Below, one piece after another: positions 8,659-17,836 of a stretch of 25,854 bases of DNA. Under the pieces are notes generated by a model, which had not been told where the DNA came from, did not search any database, and saw nothing but the letters and a program-made list of their open reading frames with translations. The stretch is from positions 1 through 25,854 of the forward strand of contig CAVUHW010000024.1 of assembly GCA_963741205.1 (NCBI GenBank), read 5' to 3'. Position 1 is the stretch's first letter, and each line of letters starts with the position of its first letter. This stretch comes from Nitrospirota bacterium (GTDB taxonomy: Bacteria; Nitrospirota; UBA9217). A program made the position numbers and the translations under genes.

Positions 8659-9164
8659 AAATTACCCGGCGCATTATTAAGTTCGTGATTAAAGAATCTC
8701 CTGATTCTCTCCGTTTGTTTAATGGGAGTAAGCCTGAAATACTTCTAAATGTAGGTAATGTCGCCTTGAGTGAACAACTCATAAAGCGAATTGCACATCA
8801 AGTAGAACAACGCAGTCGCAGCATTGAGCCGCTCGCAGCGCTGTCATAACCTTCGGGGTGGCCCCCCGAAGGACGCTGGCGCTCATCACTTCCCGCGGCA
8901 ATGAAAAGAAAGCCGTTTTCAAGTGCAATCAGGACCGGATCAATTTTCTGAACACCGCCAGCATGTGAATTAACTCTATAACTGGATCTGCCGTGCGCAT
9001 TGCCTAATGGACAACCACTAGTTCACCCTTAATGTTCCGTCAATAGCTTCCTCCTTCTTTCCGGGTGCCGGATCATGTCAGCCGCTAACCGAAAATTGTC
9101 AATTTTCGTCAGCTTTCTTTCCGGAAACTACTTAATTTCCCAGCGAATTAAAACGACAAGAAAA

Positions 9165-9180
9165 CGGTGCGCGAATTGCA
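9165..9180 (+). promoter_or_regulatory. Putative sigma54 -24/-12 promoter
   Basis: cGGtgcgcgaattGCa has GG-N10-GC spacing and TTGCA; perfect palindrome cgaaaattg-t-caattttcg upstream (9090-9108). Confidence 0.45.
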
Positions 9181-9269
9181 GTTATATTGACGATTGATTT
9201 TTAAATTTACGATGTGCGAAACTAACGGCTTTCATCCAAGCTGTTGCACGTTAGCCGGGGGAGAAACTA

Positions 9270-9497
9270 ATGGATTGCCCACTACTCGTACATAACCGTT
9301 TGAAACCCTGCAGATCTACAAGCAATCTCTTGGCCCACACGCTTTTCTCATCGGAGAAGTATTGTAAAGGTGTTTGGTTTACACTCTGCCCATTGTTTCG
9401 CCAACACCATTTCAAGGTATCCTTGTTTCCCGAAACAGAGAGCAGCCTGGGTTCTGGTCTAAAATGTCAGGCTTCCCACGTTCTCAAACACATCTGA
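9270..9497 (+). CDS. Small Cys-rich hypothetical protein
   Basis: RBS gggggag before the ATG; pattern MxCP...C...YC...CP in the first 41 aa; downstream of the candidate sigma54 promoter. Confidence 0.5.
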   Translation: MDCPLLVHNRLKPCRSTSNLLAHTLFSSEKYCKGVWFTLCPLFRQHHFKVSLFPETESSLGSGLKCQASHVLKHI

Positions 9498-9615
9498 GGC
9501 GCAGTTCTTGCGGCTCGACAATTCTTCCTTTTGATAGCGAACGACACCTCCATAAGGACAGGGTTGAATTCCAGCGATAAAGAAGTTACAATGCGTGATG
9601 GGAAAAACGCCGGTT

Positions 9616-10171
9616 ATGAAGAAGACAGCGGTTATTGACATCGACAACACGCTGTGGCAGTTTTGCGACGCCTTTTACTTGGAGCTCCAGAAGCTGAACC
9701 CGCAATTCCCTCCGATCGATCAGTGGTCGACCTTCGACTTCTGGGAACCATACTGTTCGAAAGAAGAGTTCATGGCAGCGATCAATTCGATCCATTTAGA
9801 ACAGGACAACGACCGCTTCCGGCCCTACCCCGAGGCGCGCGACTTCCTCCTGTCGCTCAGGGAGCGGGGGTTCCATATCATCATCGCAAGTCATCGGAAG
9901 GCTGAAACGAGGCAACCCACGGAACGATGGCTTGCGCGGCATGCGCTTGCCTATGATGAACTCCATCTCTCCTTCGACAAGACCGTGCTCTTTGGCCATG
10001 CCGCAGTCGTAGTCGATGATGCGCCGGCAACGCTCGAGCGGGCGGTGGCGCGCGGCGCGAAGGGGGCCGGACTGCTGTTTCCGTGGAACAGGGCGTATGC
10101 GGGCAATCGGGTTTGGGCTGTTTCCGGACCTGAAGGCTGTTCTGCGCTATATCCTGGGACCGGACTTGTAG
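9616..10171 (+). CDS. HAD superfamily hydrolase, 5'(3')-deoxyribonucleotidase-like (probable extra base near 10109)
   Basis: VIDIDNTL (DxD motif I), IIASHR, DK, VVDD, FPWN. Removing one base gives GFGLFPDLKAVLRYILGPDL* at 10171; the called ORF runs on into repeats. Confidence 0.8.
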
Positions 10172-10180
10172 GCACCTCTG

Positions 10181-10317
10181 AGGAACCTCTTAGGGTCACC
10201 CATTTAAAGGACACTGTCAAGGGAAATAACTATCTTGTGACGAGAAACAAATCGTTTCTCGTCGAGCCTTTTCGTTCTTCAGGAACCTCTTAGGGTCAGG
10301 TCTTTACTGTTAACATT
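10181..10317 (+). repeat. Two GGAACCTCTTAGGGTCA motifs exactly 100 bp apart
   Basis: aggaacctcttagggtca at 10181 (continues cccatttaaaggacactgtc) and at 10281 (continues ggtctttactgttaacatt). Confidence 0.9.
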
Positions 10318-10438
10318 GGTTTCTTTTCTTGCTACTGTCTATTATAGTTCGTTATAAATGAGATTAGGCCTTATATTCTTTGACTATATTCTTTCCTGGT
10401 TTCTATTGCATCGCGGCCAGTGATAAGAGGAGGATGGT

Positions 10439-10897
10439 ATGGCAAAAGGGAGCGAGGCTGTTGATCGGGATGACCCCTATGATCTCAACCGCTTCATCAG
10501 CGCTCAGAAAGGGGTCTACGATCGCGCCCTTGCTGAGCTGCGGGACGGCCTGAAACGCACGCACTGGATGTGGTTCATATTCCCGCAGATCGATGGGCTG
10601 GGACACAGCCCCACGACAAGACTCTATTCAATTAAGAGCCTGGACGAAGCGCGGCGATTCCTCGTCCATCCCGTTCTGGGAACAAGGCTCGTGGAGAGCG
10701 CGGAAGCGGTCCTTGCTGTTTCGGGGCTATCAGCTTCTGATATTTTCGGACACCCCGACGACTGGAAGCTTCAATCGTCCATGACCCTGTTCGCGCTCGT
10801 TGCTGAACCGGGTTCGGTGTTCGAGCGTGTCCTTGAAAAGTATTACCAGGGAAAGAGGGATGCCAGGACACTCCAGATCCTGGGCATTCGTGCTTGA
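10439..10897 (+). CDS. DUF1810 family protein
   Basis: DPYDLNRFISAQ, ALAEL..G.KRTHWMWFIFPQI.GLG.S, HPVLG.RL, IFGHPDDWKLQSSMTLF. Confidence 0.92.
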   Translation: MAKGSEAVDRDDPYDLNRFISAQKGVYDRALAELRDGLKRTHWMWFIFPQIDGLGHSPTTRLYSIKSLDEARRFLVHPVLGTRLVESAEAVLAVSGLSASDIFGHPDDWKLQSSMTLFALVAEPGSVFERVLEKYYQGKRDARTLQILGIRA

Positions 10898-10911
10898 AAA
10901 GACATCTTTGC

Positions 10912-10945
10912 AACCTTTAGGGTCAGGTCTCTTTTGCTGCATAAA
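10912..10945 (+). repeat. GGGTCAGGTCT-family motif forming the left end of the RAYT remnant
   Basis: aacctttagggtcaggtctcttttgctgcataaa; near-identical to 20556-20584. Confidence 0.85.
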
Positions 10946-10971
10946 TCATTTTATTCTGCAATTCTTGCTGC

Positions 10972-11159
10972 ATGTCCCGCCCCCTCCGCATAGAGTACGC
11001 CGGCGCTGTCTACCATGTGACCTCCCGAGGCAACGAGAAGAAACCAGTCTTCAAGGATGACCACGACCGGGAAGCATTTCTCAATACGCTTAAGCACGTC
11101 AACAAACGATACAGTTGGATTTGCATGCTTATTGCCTCATGACCAACCATTACCATTAG
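10972..11159 (+). pseudogene. Truncated REP-associated tyrosine transposase (RAYT / Y1 HUH family)
   Basis: Not in the ORF track. Reads MSRPLRIEYAGAVYHVTSRGNEKKPVFKDDHDREAFLNTLKHVNKRYSWIC, then after a shift near 11124 HAYCLMTNHYH*. It stops at the HUH motif and lacks the catalytic Tyr region. Confidence 0.88.
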
Positions 11160-11206
11160 GATTGGTCAGGCCCAGAGATAGTACACGCAATGCCCTTATT
11201 CAACAC

Positions 11207-11235
11207 TTGACAACGCACATTGCGTGGAATATGAT
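11207..11235 (+). promoter_or_regulatory. Near-consensus sigma70 promoter of the protease operon
   Basis: TTGACA-17 nt-TATGAT, followed by RBS ggagg and ATG at 11269. Confidence 0.7.
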
Positions 11236-11268
11236 ACGCAAAATCATCCTTGGGGAGGCGGTGCTGAC

Positions 11269-12384
11269 ATGAAGGCTACGTTCCAGGGTACCCGAATTCT
11301 GTTCACTATTCTGCTTGTTTTAGCGATGGGCTGGTCGTTCCAGGGATTTTCTGCGGGACCCGGCGCCGCAGAGGCAAAAATCAGCGGGGGGATATCCCTG
11401 CCCGGCGAGCCGGGAGTGCTGGATGCGGACAACCCGCGCGTGAAACGGGTGAAGGACGTTCAGGAACGGCATACGCGGGACCTGATGAACGCTCCCGACG
11501 TAGTCGGAACCGCCGTCGGCCTGGATGCCGAAAACAATCCGGCTATCGTCGTGTTTACCAAGAAGCAGGCGGGAAAGGGGGCTCTCCCGGACCAGCTGGA
11601 GGGAGTGCCTGTCGTCACGGAAGTGACGGGGGCAATATATGCCCTCAGGAAAACCTCGGTGAAACCCGCATCAAAATTCGCGATGCCGGTGCCGATCGGC
11701 GTTTCCACGGGCAACGCGGGCGAATGCTCCTCCGGGACCATCGGCGCGCGCGTTAAGGACGTATCCGGGAATCTTTTTGCCCTGAGCAACAATCATGTCT
11801 ATGCGCTCGAGAACAACGCCGACATTCCCAGCGACATACTGCAGCCGGGGCTCTACGATTCCCGTTGCTCATCAGCAACAAATAACGTGATCGGGTCCCT
11901 TTACTCCTTTATATCGATCGACTTCAGCGGCGGGGACAACGTCGTCGATGCCGCCGTGGCAGCGACATCGGCGGATCAGGTCGGCAACGCTACGCCTGCC
12001 GGCGGCTACGGATTGCCGAGTTCCCTCACCTATACGCAGGCGACGGGAAACGCGGCAGGTGTCGGCCTGTCGGTGAAGAAATACGGAAGGACCACGGGAC
12101 AGACGACGGGCAGCATCAAGGGCATCAATGTGACCGTCAAGGTCTGCTATAATTCGTCCTGCTCGCTCATCGCCACATTTGTCAACCAGCTCGCGATCGG
12201 CTCCGGCAATTTTTCAAAGGCAGGCGATTCGGGTTCGCTCATCGTGACGAACGACGCGAATGCCTATCCGGTCGGGCTGCTCTTTGCGGGCGGCGGCAAC
12301 TCCACCTTCGCGAACCCCATCGACGAGGTCCTCAGCAGATTCTCGGTCAGCGTGGACGGAAATGTAAGCCGTCCCCTCACATGA
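11269..12384 (+). CDS. Secreted trypsin/chymotrypsin-fold (NAL1-like) serine protease with N-terminal prodomain
   Basis: Signal peptide; SGTIG, LSNNHV (His), VDAA (Asp), KYGRTTG, GDSGS (Ser), VGLLFAG. Confidence 0.85.
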   Translation: MKATFQGTRILFTILLVLAMGWSFQGFSAGPGAAEAKISGGISLPGEPGVLDADNPRVKRVKDVQERHTRDLMNAPDVVGTAVGLDAENNPAIVVFTKKQAGKGALPDQLEGVPVVTEVTGAIYALRKTSVKPASKFAMPVPIGVSTGNAGECSSGTIGARVKDVSGNLFALSNNHVYALENNADIPSDILQPGLYDSRCSSATNNVIGSLYSFISIDFSGGDNVVDAAVAATSADQVGNATPAGGYGLPSSLTYTQATGNAAGVGLSVKKYGRTTGQTTGSIKGINVTVKVCYNSSCSLIATFVNQLAIGSGNFSKAGDSGSLIVTNDANAYPVGLLFAGGGNSTFANPIDEVLSRFSVSVDGNVSRPLT

Positions 12385-12701
12385 AAGGCATCGTGCTCAT
12401 AACCGCGGTCTTCGTGGCCGCGGTTTTTATTTTTCCCGGATGCCGGACCTGCAGGACCGGCTTGGCGGAGAGTCGTCACGTGTCCAAAGCCATCGAAGAC
12501 GTTTTGAAGGAACATACGGGAAGACTGTTGTCCATCCCCGGCGTGGTGGGGACCGCAGAAGGCACCCTGAACGGCAGGCCGTGCATCGTGGTGTATGTCG
12601 TCGAAACATCGCCGGCGCTCCGAAAGGACATCCCGGACTCGCTGGAGGGATATCCGGTCGTGATCGAAGAGACAGGCGTGGTCCGCCCGCGTTCGCATTG
12701 A
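12381..12701 (+). CDS. Probable lipoprotein homologous to the protease prodomain
   Basis: ATGA overlap with the protease stop; hydrophobic leader ending FPGC; HTGRLLSIPGVVGTAEG...CIVVYV...IPDSLEGYPVVIEETG. Confidence 0.8.
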   Translation: MKGIVLITAVFVAAVFIFPGCRTCRTGLAESRHVSKAIEDVLKEHTGRLLSIPGVVGTAEGTLNGRPCIVVYVVETSPALRKDIPDSLEGYPVVIEETGVVRPRSH

Positions 12702-12702
12702 C

Positions 12703-12761
12703 GGAACCTTTATTAGAACCTTTGCGGTACATCTTAAGGTCAGGTCTTTACTGTTGACATT
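12703..12761 (+). repeat. GGGTCAGGTCT-family motif preceded by degenerate gaacct repeats
   Basis: ggaacctttattagaacctttgcggtacatcttaaggtcaggtctttactgttgacatt; the last ~30 nt nearly match 10288-10317. Confidence 0.85.
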
Positions 12762-12956
12762 TCCCTTTTTCTTCTTCATTTCACAACATCCCGCTCTGGA
12801 ACAGTTTCTTTCGGCTGATAATCTTGCCGGAGATCATGAACACACCGTCCCCTGTGTAGCGTAGCGTCTCGCGATGCTTCGGAAACGACGACATCCGCCG
12901 GATTGCTGCCCCGCAGCCTGCTGTGGGGGAGATTCATTGCCTATGTCTACACTGCA

Positions 12957-13547
12957 TTACGGCGCACAGTGGAAAATCTGGGCTGGCAGAAGGTTGAAAG
13001 GCTCAAAGCTGCGGGTCACATGCGAATAGATCCGCCTCAGGTCGGGCAGCGCCTTAGGTGAGAATTGGTATACCAGCAACGCGCCCTCGGGCCTCAGCAC
13101 CTCGCGCGTGTTGCGGAGTATTTCCTCGCGCTCGCGGTCCGGTAGTGTGCTCAAGGGGATGCCCGAGATTACGAAATCTGCATGAGTGAAGCCGTTATCC
13201 CCAAGCACCCTTTTGACTTCCGCGGCCGAGCCGTGGACCACGCGCAGCCGGGCATCAGAGAACGAGCAGCGCAGGAAGTCTACGAAATCAGGATTGGTTT
13301 CCATGACGATCAAAAGCGCGTCCGGGCGCATGCGGCGCAGGATCTCAACGGTAAAACTTCCCACGCCGGGACCGTATTCCACGATCACCCGCGCCTGATT
13401 CCAAACGATTTTCCGCAAGAGGCGCTCAACCAGGAAACGCGAACTCGGAACGAGGGATCCAAGCATTTTCGGATGCCGGAAGAAGTTCTTCGCAAACAGC
13501 GCCCACTGTTCGCGGCGGGACGGGGCTCGTGAAAAATCGCATTGCAT
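12957..13547 (-). CDS. Phospholipid N-methyltransferase-like class I SAM methyltransferase (PmtA-type)
   Basis: FFRHPKMLGSLVPSSRFL, IVEYGPGVG (motif I), VISGIPLS, LVYQFS, NLLPA. Confidence 0.85.
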   Translation of the reverse strand: MQCDFSRAPSRREQWALFAKNFFRHPKMLGSLVPSSRFLVERLLRKIVWNQARVIVEYGPGVGSFTVEILRRMRPDALLIVMETNPDFVDFLRCSFSDARLRVVHGSAAEVKRVLGDNGFTHADFVISGIPLSTLPDREREEILRNTREVLRPEGALLVYQFSPKALPDLRRIYSHVTRSFEPFNLLPAQIFHCAP

Positions 13548-13729
13548 GCTGCTGTCCCCCCCTTTCGCTGCTATCGGTCATGGGATCGCTTCTCGAAACT
13601 TGACAAATTCGTCTCGAATAACGTTGCAGAGGGTCAGATTAGTTTTCGGTAGCCGCCATGCTTCGCTATCAGTGGTTCATTGACGGTCATGTTAAGATTT
13701 TTCCCCATCCGAGAAACTGCAACGCGTGA

Positions 13730-16700
13730 TCAGATAAGTCGATGCAGGGCCTCGATCCGGTCGGAAAACTGGTCCTCGGAAAAGCAGAACTTGAGGTTTT
13801 GGTAGTCCCTGCGCAGGGCGGTCACCTCATCCCGCACGTTCTTCTTGTCCAGAACGACATCTCGGATCAGGCCCGCGAGTTTCCTGAATTCATTGTTCCC
13901 GAATCCGAACCGCGTCATTTCGGAAACGCCGAGCCGGAGCCCTCCTGACGCGGTGAATCCCTCCTCATCGGGCGTGGCCTGGAAATTGACGATGATATTG
14001 TTTTCCTCGAGCCTTTGCGCCGTCTCGATCCCCTTTGCATAGCCCACCTGCACGATGACCTGGTGGGTTTCGGTGTAGGAGATGGCGGGGTCGCCCGCCA
14101 CGCGCAGGCCGGCGTCGGCGAGAGATTTCGCGAAGCTCTTCGCGTTTCCGACCACGCTCTTCTGGTATTCGTCCTTGAAGTGGTTCATCTCATAGGCGGC
14201 CATCAGGAGTCCCAGCAGGGTCCCGAGATGGTGGTTGCTCACGCTGCCGGGGAAAGTCCTGTTTTCGATCGCCTCCCAGAGGGGGTATTGCCGGTCATCT
14301 TCGGCAAAGTTGTTCGCGATGATCCCGCGCTGCGTGCCGAAGAATGTTTTATGGGTGGACCCGGTCACGATGTCCGCGCCCTCGACAAAGGGCTGCTGGA
14401 AATGGGGCCCTGCCAGGCCGAGGACATGGGCCATGTCGTACATCAGGATCGCGCGCAGGCCGAGCTCGTCCAGGCATGCTCTGATCTCGGCAACCGGTTC
14501 CTTGTGAAGCACCATGCTCTTTCCGAGGATGATCAACTCGGGCCGGTGTTCATCGAGCAGCCTTCTCGTCTCTACGATATCGATCTTGTACGGGTTCTCC
14601 GGAAGCACCGGGAAGTTGACGATTGCCGGCCGCTCCGTTGCCGGGTCCCTCGCGATGAAATCGTGCAGCGCGCCCATTGGCTGGGCGCTCAAATGGCCGC
14701 CTTTGATGATGTGGTTGTTCATCACCGGCCGAAGCCGCCGCGGCTCCCGTTTCGGGTCCCCCCGGTTGACAAAATCCATCAGCGCGCTGAACACCGCGGC
14801 GTTCGCCATCTGACCGCTGATGACGCGGCTTTCGATATTTCGGCAGCCGAGGTACGTTCGCATCTCCTCGGCGATCAGCCGCTCCACTTCATTGATGAAC
14901 CCCGTGCCCTGATAGTAAAACACATCGGCATCAAGAAGCGCCTTGACCTTCTTGTGCTCCGCGTACCGGAACGAGGGGTCCATGATCGACAGGAGCCGTA
15001 CCATGGGGGAAGCCGTCATCTCCGAGGGGATTAGGTTTATACACTGTTCCTGCCTCCAGCGGGTGTTCTCGATCGCCTTGTCAAGAAGCGCGTTGACTCG
15101 CATCCGGACCTCCTCTGTGACGAATTGTTCCTGCCTCTCCTTTACGCCCGCGCCGCTCCCGTCCTCTTCGCGGATGATTGCCCGGGCCCGGGGAGGCGCT
15201 TCGGACCGCAGATGGTGCGCTACGACGACCGCCTTGATCCTCTTGCCGCGCACGTCAATGTCAAGCTCCTGGCCGATGAGAAGAGTGGAATCGATCAGTC
15301 CAAGACAGACCGGCCGCTTCCCGGTCTCGTCAACCATGCGGCTCTCAAGCCCCTCGCCCGTTGTTTTCCAGTAGGGGGCAACGGTGCCGCTGGTTATCCA
15401 TCCAACCTGTTTGTCGTTGATGAAGATCTTGTCCCCGTGCCGCGCGATCCCTTTTCCAACGAGGGCGATGGGCTGGATGATTTGTTTCAGCCTGCCCATC
15501 CCCTCAAAATCGCGTTCCAGGACCTTCTGAAGATCGTTAAACTGTTCCTGAAGGGCCGCCCGGCCGATGAATTCCCCCTTGTCAGGATGGAAGCTGACGG
15601 CAAAACGGGCAAGGGAAAGGGCAAAAACAGGGATCTCCATTCCCCCCGGGTCAAGCCCGAGCTCATTTCCATACAGCGGCAGCCCCGCTTCGAGCCGCAG
15701 ACTGTCACGGGCCCCCAGGCCCGCGGGTTGGGCCCCGAGTTCGGTCAGCCTGCTCCACAGGGATTCCACCTGCGCGCTGTCTACAAACAGCTCGAAACCG
15801 AGAGGCTCGCCGGTATACCCGGTCCGTGCGATGAAGAGGGGCTTGTTGTCCAGGGTCGCGACCGAGAGGTTGTTCCTTCCCGGTTCCGGCAGGCCGCCCC
15901 CGGGGAGAAGCTGCTCCATGATCCGCCGGCTCTCAGGCCCCTGAAGAGAGAGCATGGCCAGCTCTTTCGTCTTGTCGATCATTTCCGTTTCAGGGAAGCC
16001 GGCCCTGAGGCGCTCCAGGTGTTCCCAATCCTTTTTGCGGTTCGCGGCGTTCACGACGAGCAGGTATTCATCGTCGTGTAAACGGTAGAGATAACAGTCG
16101 TCGATCGCCCCGCCGGTCTCATTCGCGATCATGCTGTACTGGGCCCTCATGGGCGTCAATGCCGCCGCGTTCCCGGTAAGCGCGTGCTGGAGGAACGCAA
16201 GACTATGAGACCCGCGGATAGTGAACCGTCCCATGTGCGACACATCGAACAGCCCTGCGCCCTTCCGTGTGGCCAGGTGCTCCTGGAGAATGCCCGTAGG
16301 ATACTGGAGCGGCATTTCCCACCCGCCGAACTCGACCATTTTCGCGCCCAGGCTTTTGTGCTTTTCATTCAGCATTGTTTCCAAGGGCTTTACCTTGAAG
16401 CGCAGGACCGGCTGCTTTGCCGCGAGGACCTCGTCGATCCTCCTGACCGGGGTCTTCGTGGGGGCCTCTTTGAGAAGCTCAGGCTGTTTTTCCGCCTCCT
16501 CGCGGATGCGCCCCATGACATCGAGGAAAGCGTCCAGAGTCTCCCTGGACTCCGTTTCGGTCGGCTCTATCATAAGCGCTTCCGGCACGTTCAGCGGAAA
16601 ATAGATCGTGGGCGGATGGATGCCGTAGTCAAGGAGCCGCTTCGCGATATCCAGGGCAGTTACCCCGAAGCGCTCCTTCAGCTCGCTTGCGGAAAGCACG

Positions 16701-17836
16701 AACTCATGCTTGCACACCTGGTCAAAGGGCAGACGATAAATCCCCTTCAGCTTTTCTTTCAGATAATTGGCGTTCAGCACCGCGTACTCCGAGGCCTTCT
16801 TCAGCCCATCGGCGCCCATGGCGAGAATATACGCATAGGCCCGTATGACAATGCCGACGTTCCCGAAAAATCCTGCTACGCGTCCGATGCTGTCGGGACG
16901 GGCATGGTCCAATGCATAGGCCTCGCCGCTCTTTACGATATCGGGGATTGGCAGGAACGGGACAAGCCGTTCCGACACGAGAACGGGCCCGCTGCCCGGA
17001 CCGCCGCCCCCGTGCGGAGTGGAGAAGGTTTTGTGGAGGTTCAGGTGCACCACGTCGAACCCCATATCGCCGGGGCGCACTTTGCCCATGATGGCGTTGG
17101 AGTTCGCGCCGTCGTAATACAGGAGTCCTCCGGCCTTGTGGACCTTTTTTGCGATGGACCTGATGTCCTTCTCGAAGAGGCCCAGGGTATTCGGATTGGT
17201 GAGCATGATGCCCGCCAGGTTTTCACTCAGATGTTTGTCCAACTCCTCAAGGGACACCATGCCTTCCCGGTTCGACGGCAGCTCGACCACTTCGAAGCCG
17301 GAGAGATGAGCTGAAGCGGGATTGGTCCCGTGGGAAGAATCAGGCACGAGAATGCGCGTTCTCCCGTTCTCCCCACGCTTGTTGAAATAGGCCCGGAACA
17401 GTTTCATGCCCGTGAACTCGCCGTGGGCGCCGGCAAGGGGCTGGAGGGTCCCCCACTTCATGCCGGTGATCTCGCACAGCAGGCTGGTCGTTTCATGGAG
17501 CAGGCGCAGCATGCCCTGGACCGTGCGAACTGGCTGGAGCGGGTGCAGGCGCAGGAACCCCGGGAGGGAGGCGAGGTCCTCGTTGATCTTGGGATTGTAC
17601 TTCATGGTGCAGGACCCCAGGGGGTAGAAGCCCAGGTCCACGCCGTAGTTCATCCTTGAGAGATTGATGTAATGCCGGATGACCCCAACCTCCGAGAGTT
17701 CCGGGAGATCAGGATCGGTTATTCGCAGGTACTGGGGACCGAGGGAGTCAGTCGCCGCTTTTTGGGGAACATCGAGTTCGGGGTATGCATAGCCCCTTCT
17801 TCCCGGCCGTGATTCCTCGAATATCAGCTTGCTCAT
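13730..17836 (-). CDS. gcvPB-gcvT-glyA: Triple fusion: glycine dehydrogenase subunit 2 (GcvPB, ~aa 1-480) + aminomethyltransferase (GcvT, ~483-890) + serine hydroxymethyltransferase (GlyA-like, ~910-1368)
   Basis: GcvPB: [36 protein letters not shown]. GcvT: [43 protein letters not shown]: [46 protein letters not shown]. No stop codon in 4107 bp. Confidence 0.93.
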   Translation of the reverse strand: MSKLIFEESRPGRRGYAYPELDVPQKAATDSLGPQYLRITDPDLPELSEVGVIRHYINLSRMNYGVDLGFYPLGSCTMKYNPKINEDLASLPGFLRLHPLQPVRTVQGMLRLLHETTSLLCEITGMKWGTLQPLAGAHGEFTGMKLFRAYFNKRGENGRTRILVPDSSHGTNPASAHLSGFEVVELPSNREGMVSLEELDKHLSENLAGIMLTNPNTLGLFEKDIRSIAKKVHKAGGLLYYDGANSNAIMGKVRPGDMGFDVVHLNLHKTFSTPHGGGGPGSGPVLVSERLVPFLPIPDIVKSGEAYALDHARPDSIGRVAGFFGNVGIVIRAYAYILAMGADGLKKASEYAVLNANYLKEKLKGIYRLPFDQVCKHEFVLSASELKERFGVTALDIAKRLLDYGIHPPTIYFPLNVPEALMIEPTETESRETLDAFLDVMGRIREEAEKQPELLKEAPTKTPVRRIDEVLAAKQPVLRFKVKPLETMLNEKHKSLGAKMVEFGGWEMPLQYPTGILQEHLATRKGAGLFDVSHMGRFTIRGSHSLAFLQHALTGNAAALTPMRAQYSMIANETGGAIDDCYLYRLHDDEYLLVVNAANRKKDWEHLERLRAGFPETEMIDKTKELAMLSLQGPESRRIMEQLLPGGGLPEPGRNNLSVATLDNKPLFIARTGYTGEPLGFELFVDSAQVESLWSRLTELGAQPAGLGARDSLRLEAGLPLYGNELGLDPGGMEIPVFALSLARFAVSFHPDKGEFIGRAALQEQFNDLQKVLERDFEGMGRLKQIIQPIALVGKGIARHGDKIFINDKQVGWITSGTVAPYWKTTGEGLESRMVDETGKRPVCLGLIDSTLLIGQELDIDVRGKRIKAVVVAHHLRSEAPPRARAIIREEDGSGAGVKERQEQFVTEEVRMRVNALLDKAIENTRWRQEQCINLIPSEMTASPMVRLLSIMDPSFRYAEHKKVKALLDADVFYYQGTGFINEVERLIAEEMRTYLGCRNIESRVISGQMANAAVFSALMDFVNRGDPKREPRRLRPVMNNHIIKGGHLSAQPMGALHDFIARDPATERPAIVNFPVLPENPYKIDIVETRRLLDEHRPELIILGKSMVLHKEPVAEIRACLDELGLRAILMYDMAHVLGLAGPHFQQPFVEGADIVTGSTHKTFFGTQRGIIANNFAEDDRQYPLWEAIENRTFPGSVSNHHLGTLLGLLMAAYEMNHFKDEYQKSVVGNAKSFAKSLADAGLRVAGDPAISYTETHQVIVQVGYAKGIETAQRLEENNIIVNFQATPDEEGFTASGGLRLGVSEMTRFGFGNNEFRKLAGLIRDVVLDKKNVRDEVTALRRDYQNLKFCFSEDQFSDRIEALHRLI

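Noticed and set aside
8977-9256. Integron attC sites (TATAAC...GTTATA; CTAAC...GTTAG)
   Set aside because: Spacings of about 210 and 33 bp fall outside the usual attC range, inner L boxes do not pair, and no integrase is in the window.
10181-10317. CRISPR array from the 18-bp direct repeat
   Set aside because: Only two copies with an 82-bp gap, no cas genes; they belong to the dispersed repeat family.
14015-17314. Long plus-strand ORFs (339, 318, 376 aa) and similar antisense ORFs such as 19487-20473
   Set aside because: They lie wholly opposite well-supported genes, have no motifs, and are expected shadows in GC-rich coding DNA.
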